A DNA stretch of 64,000 nucleotides from Neoechinorhynchus agilis (taxonomy: Eukaryota > Animalia > Acanthocephala), in contig CM121341.1 of assembly GCA_051530055.1 (NCBI GenBank), forward strand, positions 14,610,784-14,674,783. The letters run 5' to 3'. The notes under the pieces are model-generated. The model had not been told where the DNA came from and ran no database searches. It worked only from the letters and a program-made list of their open reading frames with translations. The translations under genes and the position numbers were made by a program. Below, in pieces: positions 39,260 through 50,812 of the stretch (positions are counted from its first letter, which is position 1; each line of letters begins with the position of its first letter).

Positions 39260-39600
39260 AACATTTTTACCAAGTGTTCAAGTGAACATCCCCTACACGG
39301 CTTATAATTTTCCTTGAACAAACAGCTCACCCATCTGGATCGGGAGAGTGATTGAATCACTGACGAAAAATTCCTTGTTAGTCTCTAAAATTTGCACAAT
39401 TGATTTCCCCCGCTCACCAAATGTTTTTATAAACTTTTCACCAGATAATCAAAACGCCTCTCAGCCCAAGCACCACATTTTATTTCCCATTTAACACGAG
39501 CACAATACTAGCAATCCCTGTTCATTTCATCCTCCTGAACCTCGAACCTCCCTCTACCTCCGCTGCTTTAACCATAATACCCAATCTTTTCGAATATCAT
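39260..39600 (+). mobile_element. L2/CR1-like 3' fragment
   Basis: Similar to 8700-8930 and 34760-34980. Confidence 0.5.
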
Positions 39601-40077
39601 TGTATCGGATTGTATGCAACGGTACTTTCCTACGTTGCACCGTAGGTATAAGCCCGTCAAATAGAATTAGACTCCGCAAGGGATCTAAAATACACGACAG
39701 CAGTCCTGTTATGCGGGCAATTCGCGTCTCTTAAAATCAGGTCATCGTATGTACGACAGTTCCCTTTGCCTTTACGATACAATGTCGTTGGCTTCTAGAA
39801 AAGGAACTGTTGCACGACCTGTGGGCAAGATGCCTTGGACCGAATTATATTGCCCGTGAACTGCAGTCGTCTGCGGCGCAAATATTCACTGGACGGTTGG
39901 ACTCCGGATCTCTTATACAGTGCTTTGTTGGTCACTTTATCTGACCTTGAACGCTGCACGTAAGAGAGATGAATGATTTTGGTCCAACAGCCTCGTCGCC
40001 CTCTCAATTAAAGTCCTGAACAGCTACGAACGGACTTCATCTGGCAAAGACTCACTGTCAAAAGTTGCTTAAGCTGC
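39600..40077 (-). mobile_element. 5'-truncated RTE-clade LINE 3' end
   Basis: SDKVTNKALYKRSGVQPSSEYLRRRRLQFTGNIIR matches the RTE C-terminal WxDxxTNxELY...IRxRRLRxxGH motif. Confidence 0.7.
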
Positions 40078-40618
40078 CCGTAGGTGAGGGAGGGTAAAAT
40101 AAAGCTGTAGTAATATTTGGAAAGATCGGGCGAAATGATTCTTAAATGGCGGAGGCGTTTGAGGAGGTAATTTTTAAAGGTATTGCGCTTGAGGGGAGTG
40201 TGATATGCAAATCCAATTAGCCCGGCAGTGAATGTATTATTGGCGATTGTGAAAATAAGAGGCGAGCCAGCGGATGTGCCATAAGTTGAGATCAAAATCC
40301 GATCAGGCCTAGAGAAGGAGTGAATGGTCTATGGTGTCGAAAACTTTCGATAAGTCCAGTAGAATGAGAGGGATTATTGTCGTGTCATAAATGCAAAGTA
40401 GGGCATCCGTTGCAGAAAATTTGGGCCGGAAACTTAATTGCGTGCCAATATGCAAGTTCGATTATATTGATATCAGAATCACAATCGAATGATATCAACT
40501 AAAACGCAAAGTTGTGTGAAGTGATGGGTATTAAGATTACCAATTTTCGTACGTTCAAAGACACATTTAGTTAAAAAAATTTAATCTGCATATTAAAACG
40601 TTCAAGATGCTTTTCTTT

Positions 40619-42337
40619 CTAAAAGTCCATGACCACTTCAATGCCCGTTCCGTTCACACGAACTTCTGCGATGGATTTCATTGCACTTGTAAGCTTAGTA
40701 TCGAATTTTCGAATGGGGTTCTTAGAGATGTCGAGGACGAGAAGATTAAACAGAGGAGCGAGAGCATTTGGATGGGCAAATCGAAGATTGTTGTTTTCAA
40801 GGCTAAGGTAAATCAATTGCCCAAGACTATAAAACATGTTATGTACATGGAGCTGCTCCAGTCGATTGTTGCCAAGATCAAGAACTTTTATCAAAGGAGC
40901 CCAATAAAACGTATATTCCTGAATCCGTTGAATCTTGTTATTACGTAAACAAAGAAACTCAAGTTCATAAAGTTGCAAAAAGTCTCGCCTAAATATAGAC
41001 GAGATTTCATTGAAACTTAAATCCAGCGAATTCGTTTTTTCTACAAAATAAGGATACTTGTTAACATCTCTGATCGTTTGAATCTTCTTTGCAGCCAAGG
41101 ATGTAATTGTTGAATTGTGGGAAAGAGGATCGAGATCAAGAAGATTAGCAGCTTTTCTTGTTGGCTCCGGGATTTGGTGTCTATATGAAGTCAGTATTGA
41201 AAGCGCATCCTCCCTGCGGGTAGCGTTGACCATAATCCTTGAGAGCGGATTATCTTTTACTATAAACTGCGATACGTTTCCTTTTCCGTGCGCTGGTAAG
41301 TACAAATCAACGATTCTGTTCCCAGACAAATCGATTACCTCGAGGAACTCATCATATTCCCAGAAACGGGGGTCACTTTGAATACTCGTAAGTTCGTTTT
41401 GGGCGACTAACAATGATCGCAGATATCGATTATGGTGTAGCAGATTATGTGGTAAATCTCGGAGAACGTTTCCACTGAGATCAAGACAAGATAAATGGTT
41501 CATAAATCGAAACGTGTCTTCGTTAACACTTTCAATTCGATTGAAGGACAAATCAAGAACTTTCAAGTAGTTATAATGTAAGAGAGAATAAGCACTCACG
41601 GAGGTCAACCTGTTTCCTCTTAGGTTTAAATAGTGAAACGATTCACGTGTACCCTTTGTTCTGTGCGGAACCTCTACAAGTTCAGAATCTACTATACCAA
41701 AATGATTGATTTCAGGCGCCACATGCCGCAGAATGGATGGATTAAAATATTTCGCGGTTCCTCCATGCATCACGAGTTTTTCTAGTTTGCGCAAACGTAA
41801 ATTTCCTAGAAATAAATCCTCCGGATTGTTTATAAATGAAAATTCCAGCGATTGTAAGTTACAGGCTTCATTTAGTGTCTCTAGTTTCAGAGATTCTAGT
41901 GGAGTATCCACGATTTTTATATATCTTATACTTGCCAAAAATGCGCTATCTTTTGAAGGTTCAAAGCGCTTCAAAAAATTACGAGACAAGTCAAGGTATT
42001 TTAGCTTAGGAAACCGTTCGACCGATTTTATGCAGTTGTCTCTAAGGCTGTTGTTTGCAAGGTCTAAGTGCTCCAACTCAGTCAAATATTTGTACGATTC
42101 AAATCCGAAGAATGATATTTCATTTCCACTGAGAGTGAGATGAGTCAAGCTTCGGAAACCATCAAACGCCTCTGAAAAAATCTTCCTAATACCGAAACCC
42201 TGCAAGGTGAGACGTTTTAGATGCTTAAATTTCGCCATAATTGAAGGAGACAAGGAGTGAGATGCATCCGTTTTTTCTGTGTTCTTCAGAACAATATCAT
42301 TTATGTTAGGCAGAAGATTTCCTAAATTGTCTGGAAG
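40619..42337 (-). pseudogene. 5'-truncated inverted copy of the LRR gene (no signal peptide; ORF still open)
   Basis: 40078-42337 is a near-identical reverse complement of 32424-34685; only a few amino-acid changes (V>M, H>N, V>A, T>A). Confidence 0.85.
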
Positions 42338-42480
42338 CGAGGCGAGCTGGAAAACCGGCAGTTGAGAGGGCTTCCTTGATTATGCGGTTGACTGCTGAGT
42401 GCCGTGCGTGGAGAGCAGCTGAACGCTTGCAGTCAAGGCCGTGAGTTCACGATCCGTTCACTGTCTCACCGCACCGACAC
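42338..42480 (-). mobile_element. CRE-like element CCHC zinc-knuckle fragment abutting the LRR copy breakpoint
   Basis: CGETVNGS*THGLDCKRSAALHARHSAVNRIIKEALSTAGFPARL matches the CRE-type CG..VD..G.HGLSC...GR..RH..LN..I..AL..AG.P..LE motif. Confidence 0.75.
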
Positions 42481-42489
42481 TTATATAGG

Positions 42490-42730
42490 CCTGAGAATTC
42501 GAAAAGTTTATAGTGCTAGGAAAGAGGTTTAAGGTCGTTTAGAAAAATGTTAAAAAGAAGTGGTGACAGCACAGCACCTTGAGGTACGCCTTTGGTGAAC
42601 GACAGGCTGATCATCGAGTAGATAGCTCGGCAGTGAATGTATTGTTTGCGATTGTGAAGACAAGATTCGGGCCATCGGATCTGCCACAAGTTGAGACCAA
42701 AATCGGAGCAGACCGCCAACGACGCACAGC
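42490..42730 (-). mobile_element. Non-LTR RT fragment
   Basis: KGVPQGAVLSPLLFNIFLNDL. Confidence 0.8.
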
Positions 42731-42953
42731 CAAAGGGGACGAAATACGGCTGAAGGGAGGAAACTCACCCGCATGATGGTTCAGGGTTTTAAACTTGATT
42801 TTATGCGCTTCCCTGAACCGGATCGGCTATTCAGTGTGCTCAATCAAAATTATCAGCCGTGCAAAAGGCCGCACATATACCCCATCGGCATTTAAGATAA
42901 AAAATTCTAATGTAAAGTTTCTCCAAAATTGAAAATAGCCAATTACTCGCATA

Positions 42954-43626
42954 TCATTTTGCTCCTCCAAAGAACGATCCATTATCTCCACTGCCTGGAA
43001 ATCCAGCATTGCTGAGAGCAGCAAACTGCCGTTCCTTTCTTCGCGAAGCATGTGGACCAAATCCACATAGTTTCTGAACATGTTGTCGGATTCCGATAAT
43101 ACAAATTAGATAAAAGAAAGCGAATGAGCATTCGCTAAAGTCAGTTCCCGGTAAGGATCGATGAGTTAAAGATTGAATAAGTTTTAATTTGGGTGTGAAG
43201 AGCCTCGTAATCGAGTTGTTCAAAAAGAGGCTCTTCACTTTTTATAGGAAGAAAAGGAAGTCGAGCCACGACTTTCCCTTGATATAGACGACTAAGACTT
43301 CCGAATAACACCATGAATGTTAGACTCACTGCAAGCATTGATTTCATTCGAAGGCTCGTCATTTCTCGACTATTTGTTAAAAGACTTTGTTCATGGCGCT
43401 CCAACCGCTTCTGTCGTTTTCCCTGTGGTCCGTTTGGATCCGCTCCAGGTCCTGCGACGCTGGTCAGTTTTCGATGATGGCGATCCATTTCAGCACAGAG
43501 CCTTTTGTATCGATCAGTGCGATACACAAGAGCATAAGTAAGCAATTCGCCAGTCAACGATGCCACTGTCGCAACCAAAATGATAGCGAAAACATCCGGA
43601 ATCGAAAATAGTAATTTTGACAGCAT
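42954..43626 (-). CDS. TMCO1: TMCO1 (ER Ca2+ load-activated channel / Oxa1-family), two exons with an anomalous junction
   Basis: LLTYALVYRTDRYKRL, MTSLRMKSMLAV, GKVVARLPFLP | LIQSLTHRSLPGTDFSECSFAFFYLIC...IRQHVQKLCGFGP. Confidence 0.92.
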
Positions 43627-43920
43627 TATCGATCGAACGCGGAGGAAATCTGGCGTGATGATATGTTTTTTCTTCCGGATCGTCGAGCTATCAGGTCAAA
43701 CGCTTTCTGCTCCCTGTAAAGATTTGATTTCGATTTTTATTCTATTCTTAAGAATTCGCTTGAGAGTTGTGGATGGGAGCATTAAAACTAACATAAATTT
43801 GTGGCGAGCATTTTTCAAAGCCAAAATTCCTTACATCCTGCTCTCCACATTGATCGGAATTTCCTGATTAAGTCTCCTTTTTTAATTTTTTGCTTTCCTT
43901 TTTTAAGCATACAGCCAAGC

Positions 43921-44082
43921 CGATATCTTGCATCAGAGAAGTGATTTAATCACTTGAATTCTGAAACGTACGGTTATGAGTTCCGTAAATCGCCGTTCGG
44001 ATTCTCAGATATCACCAGAGGAGGTGGGACTCATCAGAAAGTTTCCTAAGTGATTCAATCACTTCTCCGTTGTAAGAGATCG
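43921..44082. repeat. ~160 bp foldback element related to the 48599-49200 element
   Basis: 43921-43956 is the imperfect reverse complement of 44047-44082; the core resembles 48700-48780. Confidence 0.55.
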
Positions 44083-44856
44083 GATTAGTTATATACCTTA
44101 TAAAAAAAATAAGCCAAGGAAGGGATGTCTTGCAAATGAAAAACACTGAATACTAACTTTATGCAACAATTCTTTTCAAGATAATCCGGATAAAATGTAT
44201 TTCGTTGAAATATTTCACGAGAAGGTTGTATGGTTCAGGTTCGCTGGATCGCTATTCCCGAAGTCGGGGCCGTGTGCCCGCTCGCCCCCTTCGTTGTGTA
44301 GCGTTTTCCTTGATTTTTAACAAGCTAAAAGTTTGTTACCTTCCGGCCTGAATAACAAGACGCCTTCCAAGGTTTTGCTCCTTTTTGCGTCCCATCAAAA
44401 TCTGCACGATGTTGCATAGTATCCTGGTGGTTGGTTATGGCGGATGAGCACTTAAAACGGCAACGGGCCTGTTTATGTTGGGCGATTTTCAATGCTCGTC
44501 GTCGTTTTTCCGATATACATTTTCTCACACTTGGGAGGACTGTATTTCATGAACCCTGCCCCTGAGGTTGATCCCTTTATTGTTTTACAACTGAACTTCA
44601 GTATTCATAATCTAATGAATCAACTTATTATTTTCGTCGCTTGTGAAGTTCACTATTTCGAAGGAAACAAACTCTGCAGACGACGAAGATATCCTTTTAT
44701 TTTCAATTCCTATGTTACTCCCCCTCCGACGGAACATTATATTCATTTTTAACATGTTTTCTCGTATACAAACCATCACGCACACATCTTTACGTTTCTT
44801 CTACCAATCCGGAGTTTTCCGAAAAAAGGAGAGCTTTCCTCCTTTTGTAACTTTCA

Positions 44857-45498
44857 CTATTGTTCACGCATAGTTCTTCGACCGAATATCGGTCTCAAAG
44901 GGTCTTCTGAATAGTGCTGAAATTGCCCACTGCCACGGTTTCGTGCCCTATTGTATCCTCCGCCTCGTCTAAACGGCCTTTGTTCCAAATTACGTCCGAT
45001 AAACCGCTGTTGTGGTGGCACATACAACGGTGGCGGTGCACCAGGAGCGCCATAGGCAATCATTGGCGGCTGTTGGCCGGTGCTTATGAGCAAGCCGGAT
45101 GGGGTCGGTAACAATTGGTATCCTGTCGGCATATAGATTCCTTCCATGCTTCGTGCTTCCAGATACTGCAATTGGGTCAACACGACCTGCTTGATTGAAT
45201 CTTGCTCGATAGATTCCTGCGCTCCGTTTGTTGGATGGTCTTGTAGAATATTCTCATTGGGCGCTATATACGGTCGTATAAGATAAACGAGCTGTATGAG
45301 AGGTTCAAATGGAATTTGAAGATCTCTGATGTTGATATGTCTTAAAGCGTCGCTTAATTTATTAACATAATTGTAGATGACTTCGTGATCAGGATAAACA
45401 CCAAGATTAAAGTTTCGCGACATTACAAGAAGAATGGCAAGTCTTAGAAGAGTTGTTAGACCGAACCGACTTTTACAAGCGACTACAAATTCTTGCAT
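44857..45498 (-). CDS. Unidentified intronless ORF2 (213 aa; P/Q/G/R-rich C-terminus); frame open ~30 codons further upstream
   Basis: Long open frame; ends QRPFRRGGGYNRARNRGSG; no family recognised. Confidence 0.5.
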   Translation of the reverse strand: MQEFVVACKSRFGLTTLLRLAILLVMSRNFNLGVYPDHEVIYNYVNKLSDALRHINIRDLQIPFEPLIQLVYLIRPYIAPNENILQDHPTNGAQESIEQDSIKQVVLTQLQYLEARSMEGIYMPTGYQLLPTPSGLLISTGQQPPMIAYGAPGAPPPLYVPPQQRFIGRNLEQRPFRRGGGYNRARNRGSGQFQHYSEDPLRPIFGRRTMREQ

Positions 45499-45499
45499 G

Positions 45500-46285
45500 T
45501 CAGTGTTGGTAAGGTCTGTTGCTAATCCAGCAAGTAATAACGACGTTTGACTTAAGAGACTGGCTTTTAGGCTGATGAATGAGCGTGGTTAGGTAAAAAC
45601 GTTCATGCAAGAGCTGTACGAGGTTATAAGTGGCAAGATCGAGGGGCTCTGTGTGTTTGGTGTGAAGCAGTACTAAATACAAAAATCGGCCAAAGTTCAC
45701 GGTCGACGAGTACTCTTTTGTCGCCAAGGAAATCATCATCCCAACTAGACGCCTTCCTTTCTTTTCGGCCAATATAGCCTTGAGCTCCGGCATTTTGAGG
45801 AAATACTCAACAACTTCACAGGGATCAGGGACGTTAGGACTCGGTTGTATCCGAGTTTGGATGTTAACACACCACGTATACAAATTCTCAATTCTGACCA
45901 GGACTGCATGCCTCGTGCCTACTTTGGTCTCCTCGGATGGCTGCAAAGCGCTGGGATCGGGCCAGATCCTAACTCGAGGAAATCTGAACGTGGCACCACG
46001 GAAAGGACTCAACTGTTGATGTTGGGGAACCTGTGGCGGTGGTCGTTGATCTGATGGAACTACATTATAAAGTCGGACTTGCTGACCTCGTCTGTATGAG
46101 TATAAGCGATAGTATAAGTCCTCGGATAGAGGATCGTTTGTGGCTATCAAAAGAAGCTGGATCCGTTCAAGGAAAGCGATGTCACTTGCATCCATCGACA
46201 AATCGCCTACGTCTGTTCCATCCGAGGAAACCGTCCTTTGAGATGAGTCGGGCGATGCCACCTCATCGGTTTGAGCCGGAGGCAT
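45500..46285 (-). CDS. Unidentified intronless ORF1 (261 aa)
   Basis: ATG start, protein-like composition; stop lies 1 nt before the ORF2 ATG; no family recognised. Confidence 0.5.
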   Translation of the reverse strand: MPPAQTDEVASPDSSQRTVSSDGTDVGDLSMDASDIAFLERIQLLLIATNDPLSEDLYYRLYSYRRGQQVRLYNVVPSDQRPPPQVPQHQQLSPFRGATFRFPRVRIWPDPSALQPSEETKVGTRHAVLVRIENLYTWCVNIQTRIQPSPNVPDPCEVVEYFLKMPELKAILAEKKGRRLVGMMISLATKEYSSTVNFGRFLYLVLLHTKHTEPLDLATYNLVQLLHERFYLTTLIHQPKSQSLKSNVVITCWISNRPYQH

Positions 46286-47896
46286 CTTAAAGGCTGCGCT
46301 TTCTTAAGCGGACAATGTCCACTTGTTTCTCCCTCTCGCTAGGATGTGAATGAAGAGTACGACTGTCTTTAATGAGACGGTGGCGACATGGAGCGCGACT
46401 CTTGCGATGTGGAAAAGTAGAGGGCGGTGGAGGAAAAGCACGATGGAGCACGCCACTACCAAAGGCGTACACATGGGAGGGAGGGGAGACAACTATAGCA
46501 AGACGCGACGAAAGCAAGTCTTGGGAGGAAATGAAGACAAGCGGAATGGCGTCATAGACAAGGTTGTGAGAAATAGTGGAATGACGGCGAAACGAACCGC
46601 TGACAGATTATCTTCAACAAATATAGATTTGTCGATTGGCGACGAAAAACATTTTCATTTAAATTGAGTATAATTCTTAAAGCGTATACGATTATCGATG
46701 ATCTCTCATCATCTAGACGGTCAGTATTTGTAAACACTTTTAATGCCTGTCGGTTACGACTGCGTGTACTTATCCGTGAGTATTTGTTGTTTCCTTGTCC
46801 AGTCACTCTCTCTCTATACGAGCTGCAAGCTGGCATTGGATCTGTTCATTTTCTTTACGCTAAGCAATTGTTAAAAATGGTGAAACCCAAAGCATTTGCG
46901 GAATTGCTTTTTGGTAAAACGCTATCTTGCCACACAATCAGCGCCGCGACAACTTGAACGATCCAATTGATGGATGAGCAGTTTGGATTTTACTCGTCGA
47001 TTATGATCAAAAGACGACTTTTGTTTCTAATTATAAGCAAATATGGCAGGCTAAAGCGTGTGTCTTAAATTCGTATTCAAAATTCCTACTGTTGATTCCT
47101 CTTAAATGTGTAGATCATGAGCACATAAATTCCGCAATATGCATTTCCATCTCGAAATTCATATTTTCTCAGTTTTTTTGGAGTTGTAATTTATTAGAGT
47201 GCGAAAGTGGTAATTGATTTTAGCCCGAGTAAATCCGTGACTTTTATTCGTATTTTGCGAAAAAATCCTAAGGCATTTTTCGCGGTTGTCTCGTCCATCG
47301 ATCATCTCCTTTTTTCTTGCATATAAGTGTCTTTCGATTACTTGGAGCTCCGGGAACCACTGATACTTTTGTTAGCTTTAATTCAGCAAATGAGATAGGT
47401 TTGTCATACAAGACGGCTTACATAAACCGTCTTACATATCTGTTTTCCATGAGATTGATTCATGAACGTAAATACAAGAACTATTTTATATTAAAAACGA
47501 AAGTTTTGTATTTCACTTACATAACAACCAAACGAATACCATTGCTTTCATTGTTCTCGAAGTACTAACAAGTCGCACACGCTTTTAAATTATTTTTGTG
47601 TTGCCAAGGTTTCAATGACAATTTATTTACAAAGGTGAAACACAATTATGACGAAGAAATCGTAACTCTTATTTGACTTATTTTAAGACTTTTCTCCTTA
47701 TTTTTAAACGCGGATTTCTTTAACTTAGCTGCACGGTTATATATATTATTAATCACAATATTATTTTAAAGTAGAACGATTTTTATTGAGATTAGAAAGT
47801 TCGAAATATTTCGCCTCCTTTCTTGAGAGTACGCAATGATGCTTTTAATAGATTGATCTCACAAGGAAACTCATATATTTTTTACCAAACCACCAG

Positions 47897-50812
47897 TCAA
47901 TATTCTGTCAAAAAAACTCCTCTGAAATTGTGAATGCATTGATTCTTGAGCGAAACACAAAAGTTCCTTGGGATGAATAAACGGTGCCTTACATCCACAT
48001 AAAGGCATAATATTGCGCCAATGAGCATTCCCGAGTTTGTTGCCATTCCGAAAAACACCATTGTTAGTCTGGACTCTCTACTTTCTCGAAGAACGGCTCC
48101 TACGCATGTCCGAGCGTAGCATATAGATAGATCAGCAAACAAAAAATTTAATACCTAGTTTGAAGATATTTTTAGTTTAGTTATGGAAATATATCAACGA
48201 AATACCATAATCACTTTGCCCGTAAGATTATCGACCATTGGTGGACATGGGCTATATACGGCGCATAGGATTATGTAGCAACACGATAAGCTCGAAATCA
48301 TCATCGAAGTCCAAATTTCTCTCGAAGTTCGAATAGTGTAAAACGAAGGTAAGACGTATGAACCAATCCTCAGTATGTTAACTAAAAAACGCTTTAGAAG
48401 GACAAATGGTGATCGTTTCAGGAATAATTCCCAATCAGATGGGTTTTAAATCTTATACCGAAAATCGACAACGACGAGCATATAACCATCTAAAATTTGA
48501 TTGATTAATTGGAGCGAAATATTTCGCTTGTCTTTCACATGTTAAAAGTAATCATTGTTTCTTTTAACATCGTATGCGTGGCTCATCCGGTTGCGATTTT
48601 AACGAGTTATGTAAGATGAGGGTTTTTACCATACACGGCTGAATTATGGGCTACCGATTTGATCAGAGAAGCGCTCATCTACGCTCAATGTCATGACCGT
48701 ACAGTTATACGTTTGTACATCTCTGTCCGGATCCTCAGATGCCTCCCGAGGAAACGGGACTAATCAGTGAGTTAACTTCCCCTTTAGGTTAATAGTCATC
48801 GGCGATCGTGGATTCGAACTCGATCACCCAAACTGGTTTTTGGACCTCCAATCGGCTGAAACCACTTCGGTACAACTTCGGAATGTGCAAACTTCGCCTG
48901 ATATCAGCTTTTCGCCGAGGGGTTTTAGCAGACTGGGCTCCTAATGCCAGTTTGGGTGAAAGAGTTCGAATCCACGATCGCCGATGACTCATAACCAAAA
49001 AAGACGAAATACCGCTGAAGGGAAGAGGAAACTCACTGATTAGTCCCGTTTCCTCGGGAGGCATCTGAGGATCCGGAACCCATGACCGTATGGTCATTGG
49101 CATTGAGCGCAGACCAGTGTTTCCCTGACCAAATCGGTAGGCTGTGTGCCCATAATTCTGCCGTATATGGTAAAAACCCTCATCTTACATAACTCGTTAA
49201 TTATTGTTTTTACGAAAGTGCAAAAGAAAGAGGAAATTCATTGCTCCTTTTAATCAGTTAAATAGAAAGAATAAACACTTCTTTTATAATCTAGCGAATA
49301 GAAGATTCGTATTTGTCGAAAACGTCATTCACCTAAAAAATTAAAGTTTCTTAGCGTTTTTAAGTACTCAATAGAAATTACTTAGATGGTTTTCGGGGTT
49401 CGACATCTAAATAATGTATTAAATTTGAAAAATTTCGCTGATGCGTAACTAGCTAAACATAGTCTTGATAGTAATGTTCTACTTAATTCTAGCATATTTT
49501 TAGGATACAAATAACTAATATTGGCAACTAAAATTTATTCTTACCGAGAATAATAACGAAGTTAGCCAAGGAGTATCCATATGGAAGCACTGCGTAGGTG
49601 AAAATCGAAGCAACGATTCCCCATAAGAAAAAAGAAGTGACAAATGTATGTGCCATCAGAAGCCAATAAAATCGACGTTCGATTCTGATTTCATAGGGCA
49701 AACAATGAGCGCTTTTTGTGCCTAAAAGACTTGTTTTTCTGGACAGCAGTTCACCATTTTTAAGTTTCATGGTTTTCATCGAAGGTGATAATTCCAGCAC
49801 GAGTAACGAAATCAGTGAGATTACAAGCGAAGAACAGAGAACATTGAAATAAGTGCTGACACTGAATGCTGGTTCAGAGAATTTTTCTTCTACAAGTGTC
49901 TGATTTAATTGAATTTTTCCGATTGCTTGAATTGGAATTTCAGATCCATTAGAAATGCATATGGGTGATGAACCTCCTTGAAATATTTTCAATATTCCTG
50001 GAATGAGTCCTGCCATTCCCTCCGCAACGAACATTGCTCTCAGATATTCCGGTGGATACTGATTCATGTATGGAAAGAAAACTAACGACGACGAATTATC
50101 AGTAATTCCTAAGAGAACTACTAATATCAAAAAGGGTAGACTGATCATTTTTTTGCCAATCGTTATTGGGTGATTCCAATAAAAGCTCATCATAAACAGA
50201 CAAATTAATCCAATAGTTCTTAACCCTTTCAAGGAGAATTTTTCCAAATAAAGTAGAAAGTGTCAATAATTCAAAGATTAATAGGACAATTTAGAGTCAT
50301 TTAATGAACTGGGAATGATGTGCTAAATGTTTTGCTGATTAGTTCAAATAACTATTCAGAATTAATTCTTGAAAAAATTAAAATTCAAGCAAAATATCTT
50401 GAATATAAGTGATTTTATTATTACGGTATCTAAAGCTTAAGATAAAAACCATTCTTCAATTTTATCGACCGATTTAATCTTCAAAGATTCAAGATGGACA
50501 AAGAAAGAGCTATTGGTATACTCCAGTGAGTAAAATTACACAAGATGCAACGCTCTCCTTCATGTACTCCGGACGAAACACATAGACTAAAAGTATTATT
50601 AAAGGCGCAATGAACGGTACTTGCGTTGCCATTGTTATATAGACGGGCAGACTCCAACCTTCGGGGACGTGGGGCACCATGAGTGGTACTTGCGTTTCAA
50701 CTCCCATGAGGTCGATCCACGATCCCCACGAGAAGGTAACGATTAGAACGAAGAGTGTCACTCGTTTACAGATCGAGGCTTGTGGTGGTTCTTGTCGTTT
50801 TCCTGGCGGCAT
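47897..50812 (-). CDS. SLC52 riboflavin transporter family protein; exons approx. 50812-50522, 50225-49545, 48381-~48205, ~48156-47897
   Basis: FSWGSWIDLMG...VPEGWSLPVY, SSSLVFFPYM...EGMAGLIPGILKIFQG, YAVLPYG, YSPCPPMV, GMATNSGMLIGA; C-terminal end uncertain. Confidence 0.88.
48599..49200. mobile_element. ~600 bp foldback element with ~250 bp inverted arms and a tRNA-Arg(CCT)-like core, inside SLC52 intron 2
   Basis: Ends ttaacgagttatgtaag / cttacataactcgttaa; arms ~48599-48845 and ~48948-49200; A-box-like TCGCCGAGGGG, CTCCTAA loop, B-box-like AGTTCGAATCC at ~48912-48973. Confidence 0.75.

Noticed and set aside
44027-44037. CTGATGAGTCC hammerhead-ribozyme-like core (also CTGATTAGTCCC at ~49037)
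   Set aside because: The required GAAA after stem II is absent in both copies.
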